Made by a program: the position numbers and the translations under genes
In this document: positions 1 to 8,193 of the stretch, piece after piece
Layout of the letters: each line of letters begins with the position of its first letter
Position numbering within the stretch: position 1 is the first letter of the stretch
The notes under the pieces: model-generated
Told to the model about the DNA's origin: nothing
Database searches by the model: none
The model's input: the letters and a program-made list of their open reading frames with translations, nothing else
Source of the DNA: a virus
Taxonomy: Duplodnaviria > Caudoviricetes
IMG/VR virus record: IMGVR_UViG_3300024246_000003
Coordinates: 1 to 39,014 of that record
DNA length: 39,014 bases
Reading direction: 5' to 3' (one strand)

Positions 1-127
1 CTGTGTTTTGGGATCAACTTTACCATTGCGGAATTCCATGTCTTTGGTCTTGAGTAGCTTTCCGCCAACATTCGACACAGCATTGCCCTGGCTGGTACTC
101 AGCCTACTTTCAATTACATCGCACATC
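1..127. repeat. Terminal direct repeat, copy 1 (assembly overlap marking a circular or circularly permuted genome)
   Basis: 1-127 is identical to 38888-39014; 127 is a common assembler k-mer length; an ORF reads in frame across the join. Confidence 0.95.
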
Positions 128-285
128 ACGGCGACGAACACAGCGGCCAGATCATTCGACGTGCGCAGGCCATTGCGAATCAGCGTCAAGCTGCGAGGCG
201 TTCTCTCCCTCTTTGCCCTCTCCATGGACAGAGCATGCGATTTAGTTCCCGTAACTTCCTTCTTGCTGATATTAATTCTTGCCAT
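1..285 (-). CDS. Hypothetical phage protein, 103 aa, spanning the circular junction (285..1 then 38887..38861)
   Basis: GGAGAATAAGGA then ATG at 285; MARINISKKE...PRSLTLIRNGLRTSNDLAAVFVAVMCDVIE...KVFLLTA; stop TGA overlaps the ATG of 38592..38864 (ATGA). Confidence 0.8.
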   Translation of the reverse strand, partial: MARINISKKEVTGTKSHALSMERAKRERTPRSLTLIRNGLRTSNDLAAVFVAVMCDVIESRLSTSQGNAVSNVGGKLLKTKDMEFRNGKVDPKTQ

Positions 286-599
286 TCCTTATTCTCCTTT
301 CGTATTTTGTTCCATTTCTCCAAAGCTTTTCGCGCTTCTTCCCTTGACCATTGATGGCCGTTTGGATGATGCTTTCCTAGGCATCCCTTTTTAAATCTCT
401 TGGAAATGCCATGGGATGCTGCCAGAGAGTTTTTCCAGCATCCACAGCTCACTGTATTCAGTCCTAAGCACTGCCCCAAAATAACTTTTAGCTTTCCACA
501 ATCACACTTGCATAAAAAATGAGCACGTCTACTCCCGATATTGACAAAGCAAAGAACTAACAATCTCCCGAATTTCTTACCAGCTAATTCCTTCCTCAC
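186..599 (-). CDS. Protein with homing-endonuclease-associated N-terminal Cys motif; no nuclease domain evident
   Basis: GKKFGRLLVL...FLCKCDCGK...SCGCW motif typical of phage HNH/AP2 endonuclease N-termini; GTGA overlap with upstream gene. Confidence 0.7.
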   Translation of the reverse strand: MRKELAGKKFGRLLVLCFVNIGSRRAHFLCKCDCGKLKVILGQCLGLNTVSCGCWKNSLAASHGISKRFKKGCLGKHHPNGHQWSREEARKALEKWNKIRKENKEWQELISARRKLRELNRMLCPWRGQRGRERLAA

Positions 600-802
600 G
601 CCGCATCCTCCAATCGGTACGTCACCACCCGCTTACCACCCTCTCGCCGCTCCGTGCTGGTGATCTGGTGCGTCTTGCGCAGCTCGAATATGCGCCGCGT
701 CAAGCTCAAGATGCCAAGCTCAGGCCCAAGCTCCCAGGATGTAGCCGGGCCGCGCAGGAGCCGGGCCAAGATGCGCTGTTGCTGGATTTGGCGGTCGCTC
801 AT
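596..802 (-). CDS. Small winged-helix DNA-binding protein (HTH_39-like)
   Basis: QQQRILARLLRGPATSWEL...LSLTRRIFELRK...VVTYRL pattern. Confidence 0.75.
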   Translation of the reverse strand: MSDRQIQQQRILARLLRGPATSWELGPELGILSLTRRIFELRKTHQITSTERREGGKRVVTYRLEDAA

Positions 803-1026
803 GGCTTGGCTTCCTCCCGCTTACGCTCGAAATAGTAAGTTTCTCCGCGTTCGCCGCTGACGGTCGCTAGGTCAATCCACTTCATCTGTTCGACGCTCGT
901 TATCTCGCAGGCGCAGTTTGAATGCTTCTTGGCATATTCCGCGAGCGCTTCCTGCTCGTCTCGGGCGTCAACCACAAACATTCCCTCGCCAGCATCATCC
1001 ACAGTCTCTATGCACCACAGGCTCAT
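799..1026 (-). CDS. Hypothetical protein
   Basis: ATGA-coupled at both ends; MSLWCIETVDD... Confidence 0.7.
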   Translation of the reverse strand: MSLWCIETVDDAGEGMFVVDARDEQEALAEYAKKHSNCACEITSVEQMKWIDLATVSGERGETYYFERKREEAKP

Positions 1027-1199
1027 GGCCTGGCCCCTGTTCCGCAATAGGGACACCAGATTGGTTCTTCAGGAGAATCATCTGGGGACTCATCATCGTC
1101 TGCCATCCCTTCATAACGCAGCTCGAATGCCCTCTTGCATTCTGAGCAACTATATTCATTTCTTCCCATTGGGTCCGAACCAAGAAACTCAAGACTCAT
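1023..1199 (-). CDS. Zn-ribbon microprotein, 58 aa (absent from ORF track)
   Basis: MSLEFLGSDPMGRNEYSCSECKRAF...WCPYCGTGARP; two CxxC; ATGA overlaps both sides. Confidence 0.8.
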   Translation of the reverse strand: MSLEFLGSDPMGRNEYSCSECKRAFELRYEGMADDDESPDDSPEEPIWCPYCGTGARP

Positions 1200-1483
1200 T
1201 GGCGCTTCCCCTTTTTGGTTGCCCGTTTGCGCGGCGGCTTGGCGCGAACCATAAGCCCAGGATGTAGCGATAGAATCTCAAACTGATGCCACATTTCCTT
1301 GCGCAGCTCGCCAATCTCCTGCGCTATCCCTGCGTTTAGGCCGTCCAGCGCGGCGTAGAGCTTGCCTTGTGACTCGGCGATGGCGTCCAGTCCAAAAATT
1401 AAGCCTGCGTTCGCATGAACGTGCTGCACCAACAGAGTTTTTATGGCGAACAGGTTGTCACGGTCTGCCTTTGTGAATATCAT
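1196..1483 (-). CDS. Hypothetical protein
   Basis: GGAGG upstream of ATG 1483 (MIFTKADRDNL...); ATGA coupling. Confidence 0.7.
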   Translation of the reverse strand: MIFTKADRDNLFAIKTLLVQHVHANAGLIFGLDAIAESQGKLYAALDGLNAGIAQEIGELRKEMWHQFEILSLHPGLMVRAKPPRKRATKKGKRQ

Positions 1484-1654
1484 TGCCCCACCGCCCTCCA
1501 CCACATGAACAGCCCAAAGACCAACGCGCCCAGCAGAATCTTGCCCAGCATCACCAGCCCCCGCCATGCAACGATTCGACTATCCACAGGCGCAGGGCGT
1601 ACACGAGCAGAAAGACCGTAACGGCGATATATGCCAGATGCCATGTTTTCAGCC

Positions 1655-1969
1655 TCACTTCCCTAGCCACGACTTAAGCCAAGCCTTCGCATAACCCGTT
1701 TCCACCTGCTGATTCGTGAAACGCAGAATCCGCCAACCGTGCATCTGGGCAACGTTCTGTCGCTCGTAATCGGCGGCCAGCGCAGCTCCACGTCTATGAC
1801 CCCCTCGAAAAGCTCCCCCGTCGCATTCAAAAAGGAGACGGGCACTTGGTACCGCGAGGTCAGCCCGCCATCTTCGCTCACGTACAAATCGATACTCGTA
1901 TTCAACAGGTCCAAGTTTCAGCTCCTTCAAGTACACGCCGAGCAGTATTTGTGCTGGCGTGCGCCTCAT
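1655..1969 (-). CDS. PD-(D/E)xK endonuclease (DUF559/Vsr-like), possible resolvase
   Basis: EYRFVRERRWRADLA...FECDGG...GH...D.ERQNVAQMHGWRILRFT motif. Confidence 0.8.
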   Translation of the reverse strand: MRRTPAQILLGVYLKELKLGPVEYEYRFVRERRWRADLAVPSARLLFECDGGAFRGGHRRGAALAADYERQNVAQMHGWRILRFTNQQVETGYAKAWLKSWLGK

Positions 1970-2088
1970 GGCTCGTATCTCCACGCCTGCCAGCGGATAT
2001 ACGCTCGATAGAAGATATTCCGGCTATCCGGCCAGCCATCCCGCTCGCGTCGCGTCCAGCAATAGAGCATGTAAAGCAGCCAGCTCAT
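1966..2088 (-). CDS. Hypothetical microprotein, 40 aa
   Basis: MSWLLYMLYCWTRR...YEP; ATGA overlaps fill the gap exactly. Confidence 0.55.
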   Translation of the reverse strand: MSWLLYMLYCWTRRERDGWPDSRNIFYRAYIRWQAWRYEP

Positions 2089-2231
2089 GGCGCTTTCCTT
2101 ATCAGCCGCACCAGATGGCCTAGTTGCGTAGAAATCATGTCCGGCCGGCGCAAATCATCGCTCCAGACCTTCCCTTTTCGCGGCTTGCGCTTTGCCGCTC
2201 CTGCCAGCTTCTTGGGCTTAGGCTTCTGCAC
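2085..2231 (-). CDS. Small basic hypothetical protein
   Basis: AAAGGAGAG then GTG at 2231; MQKPKPKKLAG... Confidence 0.55.
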   Translation of the reverse strand: MQKPKPKKLAGAAKRKPRKGKVWSDDLRRPDMISTQLGHLVRLIRKAP

Positions 2232-2637
2232 GGGCTCTCCTTTTGGCCTCACGTAATGCATGACACTTCCGGCACTGCCTCCAACCATTGCCTCTATAAG
2301 TATTCTTAGCCGTGTAGCTATGCCCAGCAGCACACTTGCTGCGCCTAGAACAGATAGCGCTCGGAGAATCACTGTTCATAAGGTTTACCCTCTGGCTCAC
2401 AGCCCTCAAATGTAGGGGATTTACGCATAGAGTGTTCTTGCAAAGATGGTCGATCACCATTCCGATGGGGATTGGTCCCACGCATGTTTCGTAGACCAGC
2501 CGATGCACTAGAAAATCTTTTTTGAGCACACGACTTCGTGCATGGGCATAGTGACCATTAGTGCCTCCAGTCCAGAGCCAACATTTCGTAGTCTTTTCGA
2601 CCTTGTCCCAAATCCTATGCCACTGCTTCGCATCCAT
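2218..2637 (-). CDS. Free-standing HNH homing endonuclease
   Basis: CWLWTGG...VHRLVYE...VIDHLCKNTLCVNPLHL...N plus C-terminal C..GH...CRKC. Confidence 0.9.
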   Translation of the reverse strand: MDAKQWHRIWDKVEKTTKCWLWTGGTNGHYAHARSRVLKKDFLVHRLVYETCVGPIPIGMVIDHLCKNTLCVNPLHLRAVSQRVNLMNSDSPSAICSRRSKCAAGHSYTAKNTYRGNGWRQCRKCHALREAKRRARAEA

Positions 2638-2998
2638 TCTTTTTGCTCCATTTTGTTGTTCTGTTGTGACGGCATACATGGCATCTGCGACAAATCGCCC
2701 TTACGCCTTCCGGCGAATCATCTCCGCCCTGTGCCAGCGACGGGTTGTGGTCAAGCTCGAACGTCTCCCAGTCAATGTTGCGGTTGCAGCGGAGACCGCC
2801 CGTGTAGCCGTTGACAGGCATCTCGCAGTAACCCTTGCTGCGCTCAAACGCCAGCTTTCTGAGCGCTGTCATGTCCAGCCCAAAGCGGTAGTACTGCAAC
2901 TCCCCGTCTTTGGCCCGCTTTACGTAGCTGTTCTCATCCAGGAAGCCAGCTGCCGCTGTAGCCGCATCGTCCTTAAACATCGGCCTTCTACGCTTCAT
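2615..2998 (-). CDS. HNH-family nuclease
   Basis: RSKGYCE...ELDHNPSLAQGGDD...RAICRRCH. Confidence 0.8.
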   Translation of the reverse strand: MKRRRPMFKDDAATAAAGFLDENSYVKRAKDGELQYYRFGLDMTALRKLAFERSKGYCEMPVNGYTGGLRCNRNIDWETFELDHNPSLAQGGDDSPEGVRAICRRCHVCRHNRTTKWSKKNGCEAVA

Positions 2999-3237
2999 TT
3001 CACACTCTTTTCACGCTCGGCCCAACCAACGGCCATACCAGCGGCGAACATTGTTTCCCTGTCCACTTCGTCATACCAACCGTTATTAGTAAGTTCGTGC
3101 GCTATTTCCAGCCAGAGTTCCTTGGGGAATCTGATTTTCTTCTCGGCCTTCTCGCCATTAGTCACGGTATTTGAGTAACTCTTCCCGTGCCTAAGCGTCG
3201 GTTTTTTGCTCAGGAATTCCCTTGTCCACTTTTTCAT
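2995..3237 (-). CDS. Hypothetical protein
   Basis: Coupled ORF in early operon. Confidence 0.65.
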   Translation of the reverse strand: MKKWTREFLSKKPTLRHGKSYSNTVTNGEKAEKKIRFPKELWLEIAHELTNNGWYDEVDRETMFAAGMAVGWAEREKSVK

Positions 3238-3551
3238 TGCTCATCCTTCCCAAACTCGCAGATAACCTCATCGCTTGGTTCCTCCCACATGCGAGCCATC
3301 ATGTCCACGGCCACGCTCTTGTTTGGAATCAGCCGGTACCACCTGTCCTTCTGAAAGTTGAATCTGCGATACATGTCTGCGTCGTCCGTCTCCATCACAA
3401 ACTTGGTCTTGGGCTTGACGATGCCTTTCCGCTCATTGGCGATGCGCTCGGCGGCTTCCCGCTCGATAAAGACCACATGCACCTTTTCATCGCCGTGGCC
3501 CTTCTCTTCAAGAAACTGGAGCCGCGCTCGCTCTTCCCGCAGCGTTGCCAT
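3234..3551 (-). CDS. Hypothetical protein
   Basis: GAAAGGA then ATG 3551; MATLREERARL... Confidence 0.7.
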   Translation of the reverse strand: MATLREERARLQFLEEKGHGDEKVHVVFIEREAAERIANERKGIVKPKTKFVMETDDADMYRRFNFQKDRWYRLIPNKSVAVDMMARMWEEPSDEVICEFGKDEQ

Positions 3552-4431
3552 TCGGTTTCCTTTCAATCAGCCTGTCAGCACCAATCTTTTGCGTGATGAT
3601 GAAGCGCAGATCGTCAGCGTGCTCAGCGGAGACAAACCAACCGCCCTCGCGGTCATTCCAGCGTCCACCGCGAGCCTCGATGTCCTTCATTAACTGGTTT
3701 TCAAACACCACCGTCTTGCCAGTCAAAAAGAAGTTGTGCCCGTGATGCTCTTCCGGCCAGGTGATGAATATGCAGGTCTTGGCCTCTTTGCGTCCCTGCT
3801 TCTTGGCTTCAGCTTCAGCGGCCTTCTGATTGGAAACGTCTTGCGCTTCGGCCTCGGAGCCTTCCACTTCAAAGACCTCATCGGCGGGAGTAGGCTCAAA
3901 CCCTGCCAGTTTCATAATCCATGCAAAGGACAGCCGAAACGCCTTGCCAGTAGCCCTACTAATGGCTTTAGAATGTGTGGCATAGTCCTCAGCGTCCCAA
4001 CCCTTTTCTGTCAGCTTGCAGATGGCTGAAGCTCCGCCAACCTGCATCCCGTCATTGATTCGGATTAGGTTGACTTTGGCCTTGTAGCCCTTGCCTTCAC
4101 CTTCTGGCAGGGCGTTGCAATACTCTTCGATTGGCACCACGCCGAGCATGGCCCCCAGCGTTGTCCAGCCCTCCACGCGAACAAACTTTTTGCCCTTAAT
4201 CATCACGTAGAGACTTGGCTTACCTTCAGCGTCCTTCTGCGCGTGGATAATCTCAGCCAATGCGCTGGCAAGCCCCACGGCGCGATGAATCATTTCCTTT
4301 GGGTCTGAGATCGCCAGCGAGCCTAAACGCAGCTCTGCGGGCGGAGGCAAAGGGACAATGGCTGCTTTAGGCGTTCTCACGCGCTTGGGCTTTGCTGGCG
4401 TTTCTGGCTGCACCTTCTGCTCTTCGCTCAT
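3508..4431 (-). CDS. Putative single-strand annealing/recombination protein
   Basis: IKGKKFVRVEGW...GGASAIC...SKAISRATGKAFRLSFAWIM...TPADEV resembles phage SSAP cores; largest early gene, next to nucleases. Confidence 0.55.
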   Translation of the reverse strand: MSEEQKVQPETPAKPKRVRTPKAAIVPLPPPAELRLGSLAISDPKEMIHRAVGLASALAEIIHAQKDAEGKPSLYVMIKGKKFVRVEGWTTLGAMLGVVPIEEYCNALPEGEGKGYKAKVNLIRINDGMQVGGASAICKLTEKGWDAEDYATHSKAISRATGKAFRLSFAWIMKLAGFEPTPADEVFEVEGSEAEAQDVSNQKAAEAEAKKQGRKEAKTCIFITWPEEHHGHNFFLTGKTVVFENQLMKDIEARGGRWNDREGGWFVSAEHADDLRFIITQKIGADRLIERKPNGNAAGRASAAPVS

Positions 4432-4628
4432 GGCCGCTCCTTTGCTAGTGGCGCAGGGTCAATCGAAACGATATGCAATTCCACTCCAGGCGGCTGCAGT
4501 GAAGCTAAAACAGCATTCTGGATAGAATCGCGGTCCATGTAAGCCTCGCCATCTGGCGGAACATCCTTTACTTGCAGGTGAATCGTCCACCACTTAGGCG
4601 GCAATGCTGGTGCTTTGCTCCTACTCAT
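4428..4628 (-). CDS. Hypothetical protein
   Basis: AAGGAG, ATG 4628, ATGA coupling. Confidence 0.65.
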   Translation of the reverse strand: MSRSKAPALPPKWWTIHLQVKDVPPDGEAYMDRDSIQNAVLASLQPPGVELHIVSIDPAPLAKERP

Positions 4629-4804
4629 GGCCAAATCTCCTTTTCTTTGTGGCAGGGGCATTCGCAATCGTCCGAGCTACACAGAATGCACCACTTATGC
4701 CTGCACAGGTTTGTTATCGGCCCGTCCGATGCGCTCTCTCGCTCGGCGTAGCGGTACACGGCTTCTTCCTCGCGGTCGTTCTCTCCTTGCTGGATGAAGC
4801 TCAT
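4625..4804 (-). CDS. Cys/His-rich microprotein, 59 aa (absent from ORF track)
   Basis: MSFIQQGEND...CRHKWCILCSSDDCECPCHKEKEIWP; ATGA overlaps both sides. Confidence 0.75.
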   Translation of the reverse strand: MSFIQQGENDREEEAVYRYAERESASDGPITNLCRHKWCILCSSDDCECPCHKEKEIWP

Positions 4805-4947
4805 GGCTTGGCCCGTTCAGCCGCGTGCTGTATATCGTTCGGTTCTCCGCAGACAGGGCACTGCACTTCTTTTCGGTCAATAACCAAATCCCGCGTAACC
4901 CAAACTGTTTCGCATCGCAAGCATTTCAAATCCAAATTCCCACTCAT
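4801..4947 (-). CDS. Zn-ribbon microprotein, 48 aa (absent from ORF track)
   Basis: GGGAGGGG SD; MSGNLDLKCLRCETVW...QCPVCGEPN. Confidence 0.8.
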   Translation of the reverse strand: MSGNLDLKCLRCETVWVTRDLVIDRKEVQCPVCGEPNDIQHAAERAKP

Positions 4948-5183
4948 AACCCCTCCCTTGTGCTCACATGGAGCGTTGAATAGGCGCTGGCCAGCCGCTG
5001 CTGCATCTCGTCAAGGTCGCCCTGTTCCCGCTGGTACTTGGCCTCCAGCGCGTCAACGTCCTTGCCGAATATCAGGCGCAAGCGTTCCGGCGTCTCGCCA
5101 TAGCTGCGATTCGCCCGGTAGGAGCAGAACAGCAGCTGGTCAACCACCTGCTCAGGGCTTTGTGTTTTGTAGTCGAGTTTCAT
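4944..5183 (-). CDS. Hypothetical protein
   Basis: AGGAG SD; coupled ORF. Confidence 0.7.
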   Translation of the reverse strand: MKLDYKTQSPEQVVDQLLFCSYRANRSYGETPERLRLIFGKDVDALEAKYQREQGDLDEMQQRLASAYSTLHVSTREGL

Positions 5184-5193
5184 TGGCCGGCTC

Positions 5194-5430
5194 CTAATCT
5201 CGGCCTGAATCCTTGCCCTTCTTCGTGTTCTTCGCTACGGCTTGTTTGCTGGCTTCTAGGAGGGATTCGGCTTCGAGATCGCGGACTACTTTCCATTCTT
5301 TCCCGCCAAGAAACTTGTGGTGTGGATGATTCTTCACGGTAGTGGCGGCAGTGATGGCATTTGTGAATCCACCTAGAATAGTAGTCCCGTCCTCCACCAA
5401 TATGACCTTATAGCGGTTTTCTGCGCTCAT
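5194..5430 (-). CDS. Hypothetical protein
   Basis: Coupled ORF. Confidence 0.7.
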   Translation of the reverse strand: MSAENRYKVILVEDGTTILGGFTNAITAATTVKNHPHHKFLGGKEWKVVRDLEAESLLEASKQAVAKNTKKGKDSGRD

Positions 5431-5642
5431 GCGCTCACCTGTTCTCTGGATTCGGCTGCGGCGATGGCGGCTCGCAAAGCCCGGTACGTAGGTGAACCAA
5501 CGAGCGGATATTCTCTCGCAAGTATCGGCAGCGCTGCTTTGGCTGCGGCGAGTAGCGCGTCAAAGTGAGCCGCCTTGCGCTGCATTTCCATGTATTTCTG
5601 CTCTTGCTCGCGGAGCATCACTTCGGTGGCAGTTTTGCTCAT
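5427..5642 (-). CDS. Hypothetical protein
   Basis: Coupled ORF ending in the common phage 'LLAAAKA...RAAIAAAE' helix. Confidence 0.7.
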   Translation of the reverse strand: MSKTATEVMLREQEQKYMEMQRKAAHFDALLAAAKAALPILAREYPLVGSPTYRALRAAIAAAESREQVSA

Positions 5643-5929
5643 GCGGCTTGCTCCTTGGATTGCCGGGCGGCTGCGATTGCTGATTTGGCGCGGTAGTACA
5701 ATCGAACGTCTATCTCGCCATCGGGCTCAGGGTTTAAATTAGCTTCTATAAGGGCTTCTAAGGCTCCGATGAGCGCCTTGCAGTTCTTGCAGATTTCCTT
5801 GGTTTTTACTTCCATATACTTTCTGCAACGGCACTTATTTACACCACAAGATAGACCAGACGGGTGCCAGCCAATTCCATGGCCGCATTTACATGAGACA
5901 CTGAGGTCCCTAGCGCGTGGATCGCTCAT
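5639..5929 (-). CDS. Cys-rich hypothetical protein
   Basis: CKCGH...H...C....CRCRKY; coupled ORF. Confidence 0.7.
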   Translation of the reverse strand: MSDPRARDLSVSCKCGHGIGWHPSGLSCGVNKCRCRKYMEVKTKEICKNCKALIGALEALIEANLNPEPDGEIDVRLYYRAKSAIAAARQSKEQAA

Positions 5930-6096
5930 GCCGATACCTCTTTGGATTGCCGCTCGCTAGACGCCCAATCAAAAGATTGGCATTTGGGATTCGGACATTT
6001 CTTGGGCCATTCTGTTCGAGGATGCCAGCGGTATCCACACTGCGTACACTCGTAGGTGAATAGCTTGGCTTCGATGGACTTGGTTTTCTTAACCAT
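5926..6096 (-). CDS. Zn-finger microprotein, 56 aa, first gene of the early operon; candidate regulator
   Basis: MVKKTKSIEAKLFTYECTQCGYRWHPRTEWPKKCPNPKCQSFDW; ATG at predicted +1 of the promoter. Confidence 0.8.
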   Translation of the reverse strand: MVKKTKSIEAKLFTYECTQCGYRWHPRTEWPKKCPNPKCQSFDWASSERQSKEVSA

Positions 6097-6102
6097 GCGC
6101 AG

Positions 6103-6131
6103 AATCTACTACTAGTAGTAAATCCTGTCAA
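6103..6131 (-). promoter_or_regulatory. Sigma70-type promoter with palindromic operator
   Basis: TTGACA-17 nt-TAGATT; perfect 14-bp palindrome TACTACTAGTAGTA at 6107-6120. Confidence 0.85.
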
Positions 6132-6163
6132 TAGGAAAGATTTACACGGTGGGAAAGCTGAGG

Positions 6164-6228
6164 AAAAACAGGGGCGCAGGTAGGCTTGGCGAAAGCCTGG
6201 AAGGGGTCCTTAGGAGGCCGCGCCCCTG
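6164..6228 (-). terminator. Probable intrinsic terminator ending the late/lysis operon, with branched loop
   Basis: CAGGGGCGC...GCGCCCCTG 9-bp stem followed by TTTTT. Confidence 0.65.
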
Positions 6229-6235
6229 ACTCGTG

Positions 6236-6676
6236 TTAGCTAAGCTGCGAGATGACCCCGCCTGTGGCCGGGGCCGTCAGCAAAGGCACTGTAGCTGTCG
6301 CTGAGACCTTTGTGCCGTCAGACGCCGTGCCAGTGACGGTCAGCACGTATTGCGTGAGCGTGTCCGCTACCGCATCCGTGACTGTGACGCTATTCCCTGT
6401 CGGATCTGTGGGAACCGGCAGAATGGTTACGCCGGGGTCGTCCGCAGTCCAAGTGACCGCTCCGCCCGGAGTCATTCCGCCATTCCAAACCACCTGGAAA
6501 GTGCTTGTTCCGCCTACCTTGGTGCCTGTAATCATTGTTTCTCCTAGCTGAATGATTTTCCCGCCAGTTGCGGCGGGTGGTGCAGAAAGTTTCTTGAGCG
6601 AACAGGCGATGCTTTCAAGGGCGTTCGCTATGCGGCCAAGATCGTAATCTTCGAGCCTCTCCCACTTATCGCTCAC
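6236..6676 (-). CDS. Protein with C-terminal Ig-like beta domain; probable internal in-frame start at 6535
   Basis: Thr/Val-rich VTWTADDP...LTVTGTASDG..VSATATV; AGGAG before Met at 6535. Confidence 0.7.
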   Translation of the reverse strand: MSDKWERLEDYDLGRIANALESIACSLKKLSAPPAATGGKIIQLGETMITGTKVGGTSTFQVVWNGGMTPGGAVTWTADDPGVTILPVPTDPTGNSVTVTDAVADTLTQYVLTVTGTASDGTKVSATATVPLLTAPATGGVISQLS

Positions 6677-6864
6677 GGCAGCCTGTGGTTACTGTGCCAG
6701 TACGGGCCGCCTCCAAATGGCAACCATCCCAGCAGCCAAATTACACAAATCACAATGAATATGACCAAAACCACGTTCTTGAATGGTGCTGGAATGGGAA
6801 GCAGCGTGAGCAGCCAGTAAATCAGCCCGGCCACGATTACTGCAATTAAGAGTTCTACGAGCAT
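6673..6864 (-). CDS. Small two-TM membrane protein (Thivi_2564-like)
   Basis: LLIAVIVAGLIYWLLTLLPIPAPFKNVVLVIFIVICVIWLL. Confidence 0.75.
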   Translation of the reverse strand: MLVELLIAVIVAGLIYWLLTLLPIPAPFKNVVLVIFIVICVIWLLGWLPFGGGPYWHSNHRLP

Positions 6865-6907
6865 GTCTCAATCTTCTCTCCGGGCTGGGGAGCTGCGCTA
6901 TCTAAAA

Positions 6908-7102
6908 CTAGACCTTCGGCGGCTGTGCCTCTTGGTGCGCCAGCGTGATGATGGCTGCCAAGTCTGAGGCGTCGCCTGCCAGCACGTCAGCGTCTGATTT
7001 CCCTTGCAGCCCGTGAATCAGCTTCGCCACAAGCGCGAAGGCGATAGGCTCAAGCTGTGCGATTTCTCCGATGATTGCGATTGCTCCCGCTGCGCTGGCC
7101 AT
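6908..7102 (-). CDS. Small hydrophobic lysis-module protein
   Basis: GGAGGGG SD, ATG 7102; MASAAGAIAIIGEIAQL... Confidence 0.7.
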   Translation of the reverse strand: MASAAGAIAIIGEIAQLEPIAFALVAKLIHGLQGKSDADVLAGDASDLAAIITLAHQEAQPPKV

Positions 7103-7103
7103 G

Positions 7104-7451
7104 TCAGTTCCCCTCCGCTGAAATACTTCCATCTCGGTTGATTGTTATGGGCACATGCTCTTCGGAATTTAGAATCTTGTCCAAACTGGCAACGTTAGAA
7201 TGAAAACTACCACGGCGAAGATTGACGAGATTGTGCGTTGAAAATCCAAGTGTCCGCAGAATTTCTATAGCCGCTCCTTCAGCTACTCCATGCAGGCCGC
7301 CCTGAAAAGCATCCTCATCTGCTCGCACTTGTCGCTGTTTTCTGAGGGCAAGCGCCATCTCCATTGCTGTCAATACCTGATTGCGTACCCACACTTCCCT
7401 GTCAGCCCCAGCAATGGGTTGTGGTGCCTGACAACTATTTTGCAAATCCAT
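7104..7451 (-). CDS. Hypothetical protein inserted between 14-bp direct repeats
   Basis: ORF flanked by ccatgtcagttccc at 7099-7112 and 7448-7461. Confidence 0.7.
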   Translation of the reverse strand: MDLQNSCQAPQPIAGADREVWVRNQVLTAMEMALALRKQRQVRADEDAFQGGLHGVAEGAAIEILRTLGFSTHNLVNLRRGSFHSNVASLDKILNSEEHVPITINRDGSISAEGN

Positions 7452-7452
7452 G

Positions 7453-7917
7453 TCAGTTCCCCACTTTCGTTATCGGCACGGTCTGCTGTACGGACAGCAA
7501 AGAGCCGACGTTCTGCAAGATGGCTTGGACGGTCTTAATCAGCGTGCTCAAGAGGTTCTGGCTCTGTGCGTTCTTCACGCCGAACACGCCGTCAACCACA
7601 AGCGCGTTGAGCAAGTCGCTCACAGTCGTGAAGTTCTGCTGGATGGTGATATTGCTCGAACCTTTTTGCAGAGCGATCACAAGATTCTGCGCTCCGAGGG
7701 CCAGCTTTTCTATGCCGCCCTCTAGCCGCTGGTGCTCGGCTTGGTCAATGCGCCCATTGGTGTGCTCGGCCATCTCCGCTTGCTGGAAGGCTTGCAGGGC
7801 GCTCGTGAAGTCATGTTCGGCTACCACGGCGTCATGGTACGGACCTTTCGGGCACCCCGTCATAGCGATGGCAAGAGCGAACACGGCGATACAGGCTAAG
7901 CTACGGTTTCTTTTCAT
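7453..7917 (-). CDS. Lipoprotein, candidate spanin-type lysis protein
   Basis: Basic N-region, hydrophobic core, lipobox-like MTG-C; helical mature region; two genes downstream of endolysin. Confidence 0.7.
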   Translation of the reverse strand: MKRNRSLACIAVFALAIAMTGCPKGPYHDAVVAEHDFTSALQAFQQAEMAEHTNGRIDQAEHQRLEGGIEKLALGAQNLVIALQKGSSNITIQQNFTTVSDLLNALVVDGVFGVKNAQSQNLLSTLIKTVQAILQNVGSLLSVQQTVPITKVGN

Positions 7918-8183
7918 GGTTGTTTCGGCTCCGGGGTAGGATTTAGGCCTGTGGCAGCGGCAGCGCTGATTTTCGAGCCGCCGTCTGTCTTTAGCTCTGG
8001 GTAGAACACGTTGCGGAGGTTCGCGCCGAGTTGTTTGATGACGCTCAGGAAGATTCCATAGTATTTCTGGAAACGCGGCATCCCGCTAAACGTCTCAACT
8101 TTAGGCAGGACGGAGTATAGAAGGGTCAATCCGGTGCTGGTGTATACAGCGTAGTCGGCAAGCTGGTGGAACGTAACGGTCAT
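7914..8183 (-). CDS. Holin-like small membrane protein
   Basis: Two hydrophobic/amphipathic segments; adjacent to endolysin. Confidence 0.5.
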   Translation of the reverse strand: MTVTFHQLADYAVYTSTGLTLLYSVLPKVETFSGMPRFQKYYGIFLSVIKQLGANLRNVFYPELKTDGGSKISAAAATGLNPTPEPKQP

Positions 8184-8193
8184 GCCTACCAAT

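Noticed and set aside
1-127. Biological direct terminal repeat
   Set aside because: Length equals a common assembly k-mer and the repeat falls inside a gene; best read as circular overlap
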